A DNA stretch of 64,000 nt from Botryllus schlosseri. Its lineage: Eukaryota. The DNA lies in the NCBI GenBank assembly GCA_051294905.1, contig CM119383.1:22196001-22260000 (forward strand), read 5' to 3'. Under the pieces are notes generated by a model that was not told the origin of the DNA, made no database searches, and saw only the letters and a list, made by a program, of their open reading frames with translations. This document shows, in pieces, positions 11,228 through 24,159 of the stretch; positions within the stretch are counted from its first letter, which is position 1; each line of letters opens with the position of its first letter. Made by a program: the position numbers and the translations under genes.

Positions 11228-14010
11228 ACACGAGCCTCCATTAGTTGCAGTCGAATGTAACGGCATCGCCCGTATGTTTATGTACTACGAGAGCTGACAC
11301 AAGCCCCCAGTAGTTGCAGTTGAATGTAACGGCATTGCCCGTAGGTTTAATAAACTACGAGAGCTGACATGAACCTCCAGTAGTTGCAGTTGAATGTAAC
11401 GGCATTGCCAGTATGTACAAACGGCATTGCCAGTATGTTTAATGTACTACGAGAGCTGACACGAGCCTCCAGTAGTTGCAGTTGAATGTGACGGCATCGC
11501 CCGTATGTTTATGTACTACGAGAGCTGACACAAGCCCCCAGTAGTTGCAGTTGAATGAAACGGCATTGCCCATAAAGTATGTGTTCAATGTACTACGAGA
11601 GCTGACACGAGCCTCCAGTAGTTGCAGTTGAATGTAACGGCATCGCCCGTATGTTCATGTACTACGAGAGCTGACACAAGCCTCCATTAGTTGCAGTTGA
11701 ATGTCACGGCATCGCCCGTATGTTTATGTACTGCGAGAGCTGACACAAGCCCCCAGTAGTTGCAGTTGAATGTAACGGCATTGCCCGTAGGTTTAATAAA
11801 CTACGAGAGCTGACACGAACCTCCAGTAGTTGCAGTTGAATGTAACGGCATTGCCAGTATGTTTAATGTACTACGAGAGCTGACACGAGCCCCCAGTAGT
11901 TGCAGTTGAATGTAACGGCATTGCCCGTAGGTTTAATAAACTACGAGAGCTGACACGAACCTCCAGTAGTTGCAGTTGAATGTAACGGCATTGCCAGTAT
12001 GTTTAATGTACTACGAGAGCTGACACGAGCCTCCAGTAGTTGCAGTTGAATGTGACGGCATCGCCTGTATGTTTATGTACTACGAGAGATGACACAAGCC
12101 CCCAGTAGTTGCAGTTGAATGAAACGGCATTGCCCATAAAGTATGTGTTCAATGTACTACGAGAGCTGACACGAGCCTCCAGTAGTTGCAGTTGAATGTG
12201 ACGGCATCGCCTGTATGTTTATGTACTACGAGAGCTGACACAAGCCCCCAGTAGTTGCAGTTGAATGTAACGGCATTGCCCGTAGGTTCAATTAACTACG
12301 AGAGCTGACACGAGCCTCCAGTAGTTGCAGTTGAATGTAACGGCATTGCCAGTATGTTCAATGTACTACGAGAGCTGACACGAGCCTCCAGTAGTTGCAG
12401 TTGAATGTGACGGCATCGCCTGTATGTTTATGTACTACGAGAGCTGACACAAGCCCCCAGTAGTTGCAGTTGAATGTAACGGCATTGCCCGTAAAGTATG
12501 TTCAATGTACTACGAGAGCTGACACGAGCCTCCAGTAGTTGGAGTTGAATGTAACGGCATCGCCCGTATGTTTATGTACTACGAGAGCTGACACAAGCCC
12601 CCAGTAGTTGCAGTTCACGGCATTGCCCGTAGGTTTAATAAACCACGAGAGCTGACACGAACCTCCAGTAGTTGCAGTTGAATGTAACGGCATTGCCAGT
12701 ATGTTTAATGTACTACGAGAGCTGACACGAGCCTCCAGTAGTTGCAGTTGAATGTGACGGCATCGCCTGTATGTTTATGTACTACGAGAGCTGACACAAG
12801 CCCCCAGTAGTTGCAGTTGAATGTAACGGCATTGCCCGTAAAGTATTTTCAATGTACTACGAGAGCTGACACGAGCCTCCAGTAGTTGCAGTTGAATGTA
12901 ACGGCATCGCCCGTATGTTTATGTACTACGAGACCTGACACAAGCCTCCAGTAGTTGCAGTTGAATGTAACGGCATCGCCCGTATGTTTATGTACTACGA
13001 GAGCTGACACAAGCCCCCAGTAGTTGCAGTTGAATGTAACGGCATTGCCCGTAGGTTCAATTAACTACGAGAGCTGACACGAGCCTCCAGTAGTTGCAGT
13101 TGAATGTAACGGCATTGCCAGTATGTTCAATGTACTACGAGAACTGACACAATCCCCCAGCACCCAGTAGTTGCAGTTGAATGTAACGGCATTGCCCGTA
13201 TGTTCAATGTACTACGGCAGCTGACACGATCCTCCAGTAGTTGCAGTTGAATGTAATGGCATCGCCCGTATGTTCATTGTACTACGAGATCTGACACGAG
13301 CCTCAAGTAGTTGCAGTTGAATGTAACGGCATTGCCTGTATGTTCAATGTACTACGAGAGCTGACACGAGCCCCCAGTAGTTGCAGTTGAATGTAACGGC
13401 ATCGCCCGTATGTTCATTGTACTACGAGATCTGACACGAGCCTCAAGTAGTTGCAGTTGAATGTAACGGCATTGCCTGTATGTTCAATGTACTACGAGAG
13501 CTGACACGAGCCCCCAGTAGTTGCAGTTGAATGTAACGGCATCGCCCGTATGTTTATGCACTACGAGAGCTGACACAAGCCCCCAGTAGTTGCAGTTGAA
13601 TGTAACGGCATTGCCCGTAGGTTCAATTAACTACGAGAGCTGACACGAGCCTCCAGTAGTTGCAGTTGAATGTAACGGCATTGCCCGTAGGTTCAATTAA
13701 CTACGAGAGCTGACACGAGCCTCCAGTAGTTGCAGTTGAATGTAACGGCATTGCCAGTATGTTCAATGTACTACGAGAACTGACACAATCCCCCAGCACC
13801 CAGTAGTTGCAGTTGAATGTAACGGCATTGCCCGTATGTTCAATGTACTACGGGAGCCGACACGAGCCTCCAGTAGTTGCAGTTTATTGTAACGTTATTG
13901 CCCGTAGGTTCAATTAACTACGAGACCTGGCACGAGCCTGCTGTAGTTGCACAGTTGAATGTAACGGCATTGCCCATACTACGAGAGGTGACACGAGCCT
14001 CAAGTAGTTG
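11228..14010. repeat. 70-bp satellite array 1
   Basis: Tandem unit CTACGAGAGCTGACACGAGCCTCCAGTAGTTGCAGTTGAATGTAACGGCATTGCCCGTATGTTCAATGTA; period 70 (e.g. 13321 vs 13391); degenerates toward 14000. Confidence 0.95.
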
Positions 14011-14879
14011 TGTTTTAGTGGGTCAGTGATGTATCATGCTATGAGAGCTGGCACAAAGCCTCAAGTAGTTTTAATTGAATGGTTACTGAACAATGTACTA
14101 CGAGAGCCGGTATATGAGATTCAGGCAGTTGTAGTTGAATCTTTCGATAGTCCCGTGTTAGTTTTAATTGAGCATTGACGCTGATAATAAAAGATTTCCA
14201 ACTTATCCAGGTACGTCGGCATATCGATACAACAAGCTATGATCAAGGCGCGTCAGGTAAGCTGACTGCACAGCGCAGACGTAGCTTAGTTCAACAGTAA
14301 GGTAAACATCGATGTATCTTAGTGGTACCAAACCTTTTGTCTTTCAAATCTGCAAATAGCCGTTGATACCTTTTTTACAATTATACTGAACGAGCTTCAT
14401 CCAATACCTTTCCCACAATTATATTGAACGAGTTTCATGAGCTCATACCCAACCCGACCGTCTCATACCACGTTCTCGGATGAATGAAAAATTTCAGATG
14501 GCTCACTCGCGTGACACGGCGTCACGGAGAGAAATGCTCTTGCCAGATAAAATAATATCGCAGAATTTCTAAAATGAACATTTGAGCAACTAATGGACAT
14601 ATTGCGTCAAGCTAGGGATCGATTTAAGCCGAAAAATTAGTGTTGTATTTTTGAACGGGAATTCTAAAAGCGGAAGCAAAAACGAACAAACGGCAAGCCT
14701 AATCGTAGATATGAAATGAAATGAACAGAGATCTGGTCCGGTCTCTGAAATAGACACTTTAGGTCCTCACCAAATACCGGTACACGTAGTTAAAATAATG
14801 CGATTATTTTCTCGATTGGAACTATCTTCATTGATATTACTCGTCTGTAAAACCACGTCAAATTCCCTAGAACTAATTT

Positions 14880-15505
14880 CATCAAGATTTGAATGAGATA
14901 CAGCGCAGAGAACACCAGAATTCGTGACTTATCAAAGTTAGTGACGAAAAAATCTACTACATGACTTCGACTCGCCTCGCTGCAACGTCAAGACGTACTT
15001 TTAACGGTACGAATTTCAACAACGAGGCACTTTGCATGCGCATTACCTAGCGTGGCTGAACGGCAGAAGTCGACGTAGCCAAATTCAGTGCGGATTTTCC
15101 AGATTGCGACACGGCGATTTGGGACGGTGTCTATGATACTCAAAGAAGTAGGCAGCCTGTCAAGGGTTTGGAAGTTAGAGACAGATCTAGTGTTTTAGAA
15201 TCCAGTGCAGCTAGACCGGTCATGCATCTGACCCCTTCGCAACGCGCCCATTCTGTAAATTTAACGCACCTGCGCACGTCCCTTACTAGAGGAGTTGCGT
15301 TGTTCTATGGATGCACAATTGACTGACGGCAAGGGCATGCGTCGCGTCGTACGTGTCTAAATTTCGCGAGTCTCTATTCCACGTTAGCTGCTGTTTTCCG
15401 ACTTGTCATCGCAAAGCGTTGCGTATACTTGCGCAATTTGTGTCCGGCAGAACCAGATATGAGTTCGCTTTTAGGTGTTGTCAAGATGGCTTATACTTGG
15501 ACGCG
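14880..15505 (+). pseudogene. Old decayed RepHel fragment (Rep motifs 2 and 3)
   Basis: Translates to NVKTYF*RYEFQQRGTLHAHYLAWL ... SADFP ... CSMDAQLTDG ... YVSKFRES ... NLCPAEPDM ... VKMAYT, matching the intact RepHel, with stops and frameshifts. Confidence 0.85.
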
Positions 15506-15519
15506 GGCGCTTACAAAAG

Positions 15520-15690
15520 AAAACCGACGATGGCGTGAACTTTCAATGCCAATTTCCCAAAGATTTCGTGAGACCTTACGGTGCTGCAACTCACGTAGAC
15601 GCGACCGACAACGATGCATGCATTGCTGATATCAGGCCAGTGAGCTGCGAGTGGGCCGTGAGACCAGACTACGCTCTAAGCCTGCGGTCT
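15520..15690 (+). pseudogene. Old decayed family C fragment (C4)
   Basis: QCQFPKDFVRPYG...SCEWAVRP matches the family C motif QHFPKDYLRPYG...SCEWLTRP. Confidence 0.75.
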
Positions 15691-15764
15691 CAAACTCAAA
15701 TGTACTCGCGGGCCAATTTCCTAGTTTTTGATGACGCCGCGGGCCGCAGCATAAATAATAGGGA

Positions 15765-16060
15765 TATCGCGGTGGATTTTTCTTTATGGCTCATCGTTCA
15801 CCACCTTGATTATTTCGTAGTGCACCCTGCACATGGTATGGCGCAGGGCTCAATATGTCGAGTGACGCGGTGGCGGTCGCCTGTTTTGTTTGTCGTAGTT
15901 CTGGTTTGTTTATCGTTTATGTTTTGTCCTTTCAGGAAAATGAGTGATTTTTTAACGTCACAAATAAGATATTGATCCACTTGGTGTTCTTGTTTGATGT
16001 CAGTTGAAAATCAGAAGTCAGCTTGATACAATACGGTAGTCGCCATTTTTGGAGACGATA
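15765..16060 (+). repeat. 5' LTR of BEL/Pao element (296 bp)
   Basis: Direct repeat of 28246-28544; termini TATCG...CGATA. Confidence 0.9.
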
Positions 16061-16097
16061 AAGGTTAAAAAAATCGAGTGTTACCTACCGGTACATT

Positions 16098-17113
16098 ATG
16101 GATACTCCGTCAAAAGACTTCGATGCGAAAGTCAATGACATCATTTTGGGTCTAAGAAGAGACCTCAACGCTGCTGATGCGTACTTCATGAAATGTATGA
16201 GTGGAGCTTCTCTCCCTGCTGCTGTTGTGGCTGCGAAAGACAGTCTCGATGAGACATTTCACAGAGTCAGTTCCCACTTGGATTATCTTACTCTCGAAGC
16301 GAAGAAGATGACAGAGGTCAGTGACTCTGCTGAATTAACATTGAAAAGAATCAGGTCATTTTATGACCTATGTCTGTATACTAAGAAGATTGCTGATGAC
16401 GCATATGGCAAGTTTACTGCTGAAACAGTAAGTACGCCACCTAGCGACATAAATTTGAGAGGTATCGTGGACGCAAGGAGTAGACTGGACTATGAAGGTT
16501 CGATAGCCGGCGTACCGGTATCCCTGTAAACAAGGATACAGGATCGAAATACAACTTGGAAGAGTTGGAGTGGGATGTTTTTCGTGCTCAGGACAAACTT
16601 GAACGAGCTAGAGCTTCGTCTAAAACTGACTCAGTAGCTTCTGCGATTAGTCAAGAGAGTTACTGCGGCTTGGGTAGCAATGTTACCCATAGCGAAAGAA
16701 TACCATAAGCTGTTGCTGATAAACTACCTGTGGAAGAGTTTTCACCCACTCTAGCTACTCCTATGCAGTTTCAAACCTTTACAACATGGAGTCCTCCTAT
16801 TCACCGTATTGAAGGATGTTCGCTGCCAGAACCTAATATAAGGAGCAATCACCATGTTACTGATCGGTACTTATCACCATCTCACCAAGAACCTGTGGCG
16901 CCTGTTTTAATCAGCCGACATCAAGACCAACGTCGTTCTGCCGGCCACGTTTCGTCAGTTCCAGTGCCTACCTACAGAAACAGTTTTCTATCTTACACTG
17001 GGCCGGCTATCCATAATCAAGTTAACGCCGCTACCTTATCAAGTGAGCGGAACAATATTCAGGTTACCGCCCAATCAAGTATGTCATATAATTGGAGTAT
17101 TTGGTTGTATTAA
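16098..17113 (+). pseudogene. gag: Probable 5' part of BEL gag (disrupted)
   Basis: ORF pieces 16098-16529 and 16730-17113 directly follow the 5' LTR; assigned by position, with no diagnostic motif seen. Confidence 0.5.
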
Positions 17114-17622
17114 GGTTGCAACCGCCCGTAAGTATCGACTAACGGCTATTTTCAGGTGTTCCAGAGCCGCTGTGGCAACTACCGTAAATAGCAGTAATTA
17201 TTTAGAGTACCTAGTTTAAACTTTTCACTTAGGCTAATTTCTCCTTCTTCTTTCTCTTCATCGTCGTTGGATTTCCGCTTCACCTTCGAGTCTTCTTCAG
17301 ACTCTAACCCCCTCCCTCCTTGGACCTGACTCGTCTTCGTGAGTCAGGTCTGAAGGAGTCTGTTCCTACCTCTACTGGAGCTTGACTCGTCTTAGTGAGT
17401 CAACTCTAGTGGAGTCTTTTCTCTTCAAGTCCTGACTCTCTCTCTCGAGTCGGGACTTGTCGAGTCTTTCCTTCTCTCGCACCTCTCTCCTGAGGTGACG
17501 AGTGAACTTCTTTAACCTTAGTTCAGTTCGATTGTCTGACGTCAGCCGCCAGACATCGAACGATCCTCGCGCGTCTGCGAAACCGCGGTATCGATTTCTC
17601 GCTTGTCTGGAAACGCCTCGCT

Positions 17623-18918
17623 TTGAGTTCCATAGAAAGACAAAAACGCCACAATATGGCCTATTCAAACGCAATAAAAGGACGTGAATATCAGCGTACC
17701 TATGGAAACAGGCCGAGATCACTCGATGTAATGACGCCACTCGGCTGTCAAACAAGCGAGGTGATAGACGCCATTATCACAGATCCCAGACTTGGGCAAT
17801 ACAAAGACCATATATCATCAATATATCAAATTGGAAGAACAACATACAACCTTACATTCCATCAACAAGCAGAAACAGAGGCAATTCGCGAAAGGTTCAT
17901 GGAAATAACACACCTTGGAATACTAGCAGCAAATGGAATGATTTACTTTCAGAAGCCGAGGCCGCCTGCAGCACAGGTTAACATTAGAGCTGTCCCCACG
18001 GAAGTGGAGGAAGACGAAATACGCCACAAAATAGCCCAATATCAATGCGGCACGGTACAAGGAGTAAAACTCATATACCATAAAGGAACTGCCATACACA
18101 ACGGGTATCGGCAGATAACCATAGAAGGCTACATACCTGGGAAAATCCCGCCCTTCATATATCTAGGCCAAGCCCCGTGCAAGGTATATCCACCAAATAA
18201 TGAAGGGAGCGAGACATGCTACAAATGTCTACAGAGAGGACATACTGCGAACCAGTGTCCAAATCAAACAGCGTGCTTTCTGTGCAAACAGACAGGACAT
18301 AGACGGGATCAATGTCCAACAAAAACTGATGAACAAATACCTTCAAATCAACGTAGAATACTAAAAGTAGACGAAAACATAACACATGTCGACATGGTTG
18401 TGGAAGAACCAGCCCAACCATATGTGAGTGAAAACGAAGAAAAAAGCCCAACCCCTGTAGCGAGCGAGGCAGAGGTTGAGGAGACAGCCGAACAAGAAGA
18501 TAAAGACGAAAACGAAGAAGAAGAAACAGTAGAAGACTACTTTAACTTAGACCAACAATCACAGACAGATAGCGAACCAGATACACAAGCAGACAGCGAA
18601 TTAGACAAAACAATCATTGAGAGAGCAGACAACGAAAGCAAATCGGACGAAGAACTAAAAATCATCACAAGTGATGATGAAACGCAAACAAGCACAAGCA
18701 GTAACCAACAAAAACGTATATTAAACAAAGACAGAGCCAACCAAACCTCGATACTTAGACAAAGATTCGAAGTTAGTAGCTTCACAGAAAAGGAATTCTT
18801 TAGCAAAACACATTACTCGCCAAACAAAAGAAGCAAGGACGCTCGTAGTCCGACATCGCCAACGGCAGGCAGAGCCAGACGAAAGCTGGCAAAGCCAGAC
18901 CATAGCGATGAGAAATAG
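17623..18918 (+). CDS. ORF1: LINE ORF1 (Gag-like nucleic-acid-binding protein)
   Basis: Two CCHC knuckles (CYKCLQRGHTANQC, CFLCKQTGHRRDQC) followed by an acidic disordered tail. Confidence 0.9.
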   Translation: MSSIERQKRHNMAYSNAIKGREYQRTYGNRPRSLDVMTPLGCQTSEVIDAIITDPRLGQYKDHISSIYQIGRTTYNLTFHQQAETEAIRERFMEITHLGILAANGMIYFQKPRPPAAQVNIRAVPTEVEEDEIRHKIAQYQCGTVQGVKLIYHKGTAIHNGYRQITIEGYIPGKIPPFIYLGQAPCKVYPPNNEGSETCYKCLQRGHTANQCPNQTACFLCKQTGHRRDQCPTKTDEQIPSNQRRILKVDENITHVDMVVEEPAQPYVSENEEKSPTPVASEAEVEETAEQEDKDENEEEETVEDYFNLDQQSQTDSEPDTQADSELDKTIIERADNESKSDEELKIITSDDETQTSTSSNQQKRILNKDRANQTSILRQRFEVSSFTEKEFFSKTHYSPNKRSKDARSPTSPTAGRARRKLAKPDHSDEK

Positions 18919-18964
18919 AAACGTGCCCTAAAGCGAAAAAGTCTCCCCTCACTCTGTAAGGAAA

Positions 18965-21900
18965 ATGGAATTCGATTTAGATATAATATCTCTGAATGTA
19001 AATGGAATGTCTACCCACTGGCACAAAATCAAAAGTCTAATAAAAACAGAAAAGCACACAAACATCATGTGCCTCACGGAAACACACAGAGTAGACACAC
19101 AAAAAGTCCAGAAATGGGCAAATCAAAACAACCTCTTATACTATTCGAACCATATAGGCCTAAAACAAAAGTGGGTAGACACGGCAGAAAAAAAGAAGTT
19201 ATACTACAAAGGAACCGCGATGCTAGTTAAAAAAGACTTAGAAAACCAATACCATTTGACACACAAGATAATCAGAGAAGACAGGGTGCAGCTACTAACC
19301 CTAATAGACAGAGAAACCGGAGAGGAAACAAACCTCTACAACATCTACGGTCCACCCGATGTAGGGAGGCATCAAACAGAGTTGTATCAAGAACTCATAA
19401 ACGAAATTGAAAAGAAACCTAACGATGCCATCATCTGCGGAGACTATAACATCGTCACCGAAAAAATAGATGCGAAAAACAACACAAACTTCACCATGAC
19501 GCCAGCTGCTAAGATATGGAAATTTTTCACTGATATACATAAAATTAGAGATATCTGGAGGTGGAGAAACCCAAGAACCAGGCTGTACACAGTCATAAAA
19601 CACCAACAATCCAGAAGAGTCGATAACATCTATGTATCAGAAAGATTCCTGAGCCGAGTTAAGTCATGCGAACACAAACTAAACTTCGTCTCTGACCACA
19701 TCTTCTTACAAAAGATCTACGTAAGAATGAAACCAAGGCAGAGCAGATGGGGCAAGGGAATCTGGAAAAACGACACCAGAAAATACGCAGATGATAGCCT
19801 ACGGAAACAGATAGAAAACCTACACGAAAGATGTGTCCAGGACAAATCAATCTTCGAGGATATCTATGAATGGTGGGACCATTACAAAAAAGAAATGGGG
19901 AGACTAATAAGCACAAACGAATCGCGGCAAATAAAGAAAAACAAGCGATACAAGAAAATATCGCAAAAACACTACAAAACACCAGTGGGGACCAAAACAC
20001 CTACGAAGAAGCAAAAAAACTCAAAAAAACAGAAGAAGAAAACATAAGATACCAATGCATACTGCACAAGTTGCATGACATCGAAGAGAATGAAAAACCC
20101 ACCAAGTACTTCTACGATAAACTAAAGCAACGCAAAGAAAGTAAAATCTTTACAACTTTAGTGAACGAATCGGTAGTAGAAACGAAAAATAGTATAGAAA
20201 CTATGCGCGCAGTGGAAGATTTCTATAAAAATCTGTGGGGGATGTCAAAGCAAGAGGACTCCAAGCTCCAAGACGACTACCTAGAAAATATAAGTGGCCT
20301 TCACATAAGTGAAGAAGAAAGAGCCCAGCTGGAAAGCCAAATTGACGAGGCAGAAGTTCGACACGCGATCCAAAACATGGAGAATAGAAAGACTCCCGGC
20401 TCTGACGGGCTGTCCAAAGAATACTATGCGACATATTGGAACATTCTTAAAAAAGAACTGACGGAGGTTATTAATAATGCATATATGTTTGGTGGACTAT
20501 GTAAATCATGGACAACGGGTATTACAACACTACTATACAAAAAAGGAGAACCAAAGAAATTAAAAAACTGGCGGCCAATAACTCTCTTGAATACAGACTA
20601 CAAAATATTAACCGGAATCATATCGAACAGGCTCAAACCCATCTTACCAAACCTTATCCACCACACACAAAAATGCGCTATAAAAGAACGGCAGATAACC
20701 GACGTCCTAAGAAATACCCAAGCGGTAATAGAATATGCCCAAGAAAAACATAAAGAACTCCTGGTCATGAACTTGGACCAGGAAAAGGCTTTTGATAGGA
20801 TTCATCACGAATACCTCTTCAAAATCTTGGGAGCATACCAACTACCCAACAACCTGACACGCATAATACGAGAAATCTATGAAAACGCCTCCAGCAAGAT
20901 CCAAGTCAATGGAGCACTTACGAATCACATCAAAATAGAACGTGGAATCAGACAGGGGTGTCCGCTGAGTATGGCGCTCTACGCCATCAGCAGTGACCCC
21001 CTGTCAAGAAAAATTGAAAACGACGACAAAATAAAGCCATTTAACATCGGCAAAACGAAAATCAAAATTCAGCAATACGCTGACGACATAACCTGTTACT
21101 TAACCTGCGAAAAGGACGTAAAACAAATATTAAGTGAATTTGGCAAATTCGAACGCGCAACGGGACAGAGACTTAACACCGAAAAAACCGAGATTCTACA
21201 TATTAACCCGAAAAAACATAGAACTCGAATCCCGGAATTAGAAAGTAAAAAAAAAGATATGATAAAAATACTCGGACAATATTACGGTAAAAATCAAAAT
21301 AAAGAAACCTGGAAAGAGAGAATAGCCAAATTGAAACGTATATTTTACGCCTACCGAAACAGGAATTTGACATGGACAGGGAAACTTACAATTCCTAAAC
21401 TCCCTCGCGTCAAGCCAGATATTGTACAATGCCAGAGTAATAACACCGCTCAAAGAGGATATTAAAAACATCGAAAAACTATACTTCGAATTTCTGTGGC
21501 ATCCACAGAAAATGGAATATATTGCGAGGAAAACGCTCATCGCAAACAAAGAAAAAGGCGGGATCGGATTCCCTGATGTAATAGGGAAAATCCAAACCTG
21601 CCAAGCAGAAAAAATTGCAATTCTAAAAAACCTTGATACCCCAACAGAAATATGGCACAAACATGCCATCTATGAACTTGGTACCAAACTTAAAGGGATT
21701 AACAGTAAATTATATAACAACTCAGAAGCACACAAATACCCGACCCCCAAAAATTGGATAGATACCTTGAACATAACAAATAAGCTGGAACTGACGGAAG
21801 AAGAATGGGGAGAAATAACACACAGAAAATTGTACACAGAAATCCAAAAACTGAGAGCAAATAACCCAACTATTAGATTAGAAAATGGTACCGAGGCAAA

Positions 21901-22417
21901 ATGGTCAAAAATCTGGAAAACGAAATACAAGGGCCAAACCGTCATCACAAACAAAGAATTGGAAATAAACTACAGAATTGCAATAGAAGGGTATATATTT
22001 GGTGAAAAAAAGCGAAATAGAAATATGACACACACCAAATATAACAAACCGCTGCTTTTAAACTGCAAATTCTGCGGAGCGAAAAATGATAATGCAAAAC
22101 ATCTGATCACGGAATGCACATATATTAAAAAGATCAGAAAAAATATAGAATGCGCACTACAACTTACGTTGTCAAACGACGCAATTATGTACAATAATGA
22201 AAAAAATAAAATTAATTGGATATTAACATCAATCCTAAAGAGAAAAACCATAAACACGAAAATATCGCTCGACATTAACAACGAAAGAGTAGATCGTGAG
22301 GACATTGAAAAGAAAACCCTGAAAAAAATGAAAAAAAGACTCGAGAGAATAACACCGAACCCGGAAATACGCGAATGGGTTGAAAAAATAATACTATATC
22401 TAGAAGAAATATCGTAA
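18965..22417 (+). pseudogene. ORF2: LINE ORF2 (AP endonuclease + reverse transcriptase + C-terminal CCHC), two frameshifts
   Basis: SLNVNG, TETH, GDYN, SDH (APE); WRPITLLNTDYKIL, LDQEKAFD, GIRQGCPLS, YADD (RT); KGGIGFPD; CKFC...H...C. Split across ORFs 18965-20047, 19870-21465 and 21422-22417. Confidence 0.92.
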
Positions 22418-23340
22418 ATCGAAAAGAAAACACAATATTAGACCGAAAAGAAAACACAATATTAGACCAACTAGGGTTCCAAACGAGAGTTTGGTTAATC
22501 TAACAAACACCACAGAGAAAAAAAGTGAAAAAATCCCCTCAGGGGGGGAGGGGGGGCTCGACAGAAAGCCACTAAACCACTCGCTTCCGGCGGTCAATCT
22601 CTGATCCGCAAACGGAAGTCTGGAATACACTACACTCTTTTGATGTTGGAGTAGTTGGTTGTAATAAGGTACATACCAACTACAAAAACAGCTATCTAGA
22701 AACAAGAGTACGCAAATAAGAGTAAAATAAACAAGAAGAAACCTTTAAATTATGTTTATAAACTGTTTGAACCCTAAGTTTGGAAAAAATAAAAATAAAA
22801 AAATAAAATAAAAAATGTAAAAGACCCCGGCGGGAGGCGGCCCTAACCTAAGAGAGGGCCGCCAAACGCCGGCGGATACGGAGAGCCGTATATTAGAAAA
22901 AAAGAATATGTCATATAATGGCCAGTACTCGGCCACTCATAATGGGCCGGCTAATGCAATCCATTTTAGCCAGGCTTTCAACCGTGTGAAATGCCTTGTC
23001 ATAGTTTTCCGCATTCTGCAGCCGCTAACGCCAACCATAGTGAGCTACTGCACCCGCCACAAAATCCCATAATTCCACCTTCTCTGCCTGTAACTCACCA
23101 GGTACCAGTCTTCACTGATAGTAGAATGAACCCGTGGGGTGGCATGTTGGGATCGGTGAAACGCGGTTTTGACCTACAAACTATTCAAATTAGTAAGTAG
23201 CTTCAATGGCGATCCCCTTGATTACCATATGGCGATCCCCTTGATTACCATAGGTTCACCAATGAATTTGATTGTTCATTTGATCCCGAGGATGTGTTGA
23301 TCCTAATGAAAGGCACTCTGCAAGAACCAAACTAAATAAG

Positions 23341-24159
23341 TTGATAAGTCTTTGCACGGGAAAAGCCCGCTCGGCGCTAGAGTGCTGCCGCATTGGGAGG
23401 CAAGATGATGCCGCTTATAAATATGCTCGAGATGTCTTGTACGACAACTATGGTCGCACATCCTATGTTGTAGCAGCATTTATTGGACAATTGACTGATG
23501 AAACACCAGTCGATACTACAAATTTACAAATGCTTATAGAGGCATCCGACCAGCTACAAGCTGCCAAACGGGTCCTCGAACAATGTGATTCAATATCCCA
23601 AGTGAATGCAACTGGTGTTTTTCACGGTATCTTGAGTAGATATCCCATTTCATTTTTGAACCGTTTTCTCGCAAAGCATGTCGAGCAGGTTGAAGCCGGC
23701 ATCGATCCAAATTTCAAAGATTTCGTGAAGTTTGTCAAAAGAGAAACATCATTGGCTCGGTCACCATTGGGTCGGTTCATTAATGATCTTCACAGCAAGA
23801 AGTACTCGAAGAATCTGCGCAAGACTACAATAAAGGTGAATGCCACATCTGCCATGGCTTCAAGCTCGACAGATCAAGATGCCGTCGAAAAGAAGCCGCA
23901 CTCCTCTTGCATCCTATGTCGAGGCCCCCATCCTCTCTTCTACTGTGATACCTTCCGTAGGATGTCTGTAGACGACTCGTGGAAGAGAGCCTGGTATGCC
24001 GTAATTGTTTATCCTATGGACATGATCACAATTCTTGCCCATCGTCATATCGCTGTAGAGTTGATGGGTGTGGCTATCTTCATAGCTCGTTATTACATGA
24101 CGCATTTAAACGTCAAGTATATCCTAAATCCAATGTTGTTGCCAGCAACAACACAATGA
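23341..24159 (+). pseudogene. gag: BEL gag 3' part with zinc knuckles
   Basis: CILCRGPHPLFYC in this frame; CRNCLSYGHDHNSC and CRVDGCGYLH in the next frame. A three-knuckle Gag is typical of BEL/Pao. Confidence 0.85.

Larger units (their letters stand above)
17195..22920 (+). mobile_element. Near full-length Tx1/L1-clade non-LTR retrotransposon inserted in BEL gag
   Basis: Pyrimidine-rich 5' UTR, zinc-knuckle ORF1, APE-RT ORF2, A-rich 3' UTR. Boundaries approximate; no convincing TSD found. Confidence 0.85.

Noticed and set aside
11228-14010. CRISPR-like array (constant part plus variable part); same for 59803-64000
   Set aside because: The variable segments are mutated versions of each other and recur many times; no cas genes; eukaryotic context. 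It is a satellite.
2900-14010. Copy 1 as a mere haplotype duplicate of copy 2
   Set aside because: Different A paralogs, diverged B and specific deletion junctions argue for distinct copies, though read validation is still advisable.
15475-15975. 166-aa ORF as one gene (also 28253-28456)
   Set aside because: Chimera of the C4 remnant, a MITE fragment and the BEL LTR read in frame by chance.
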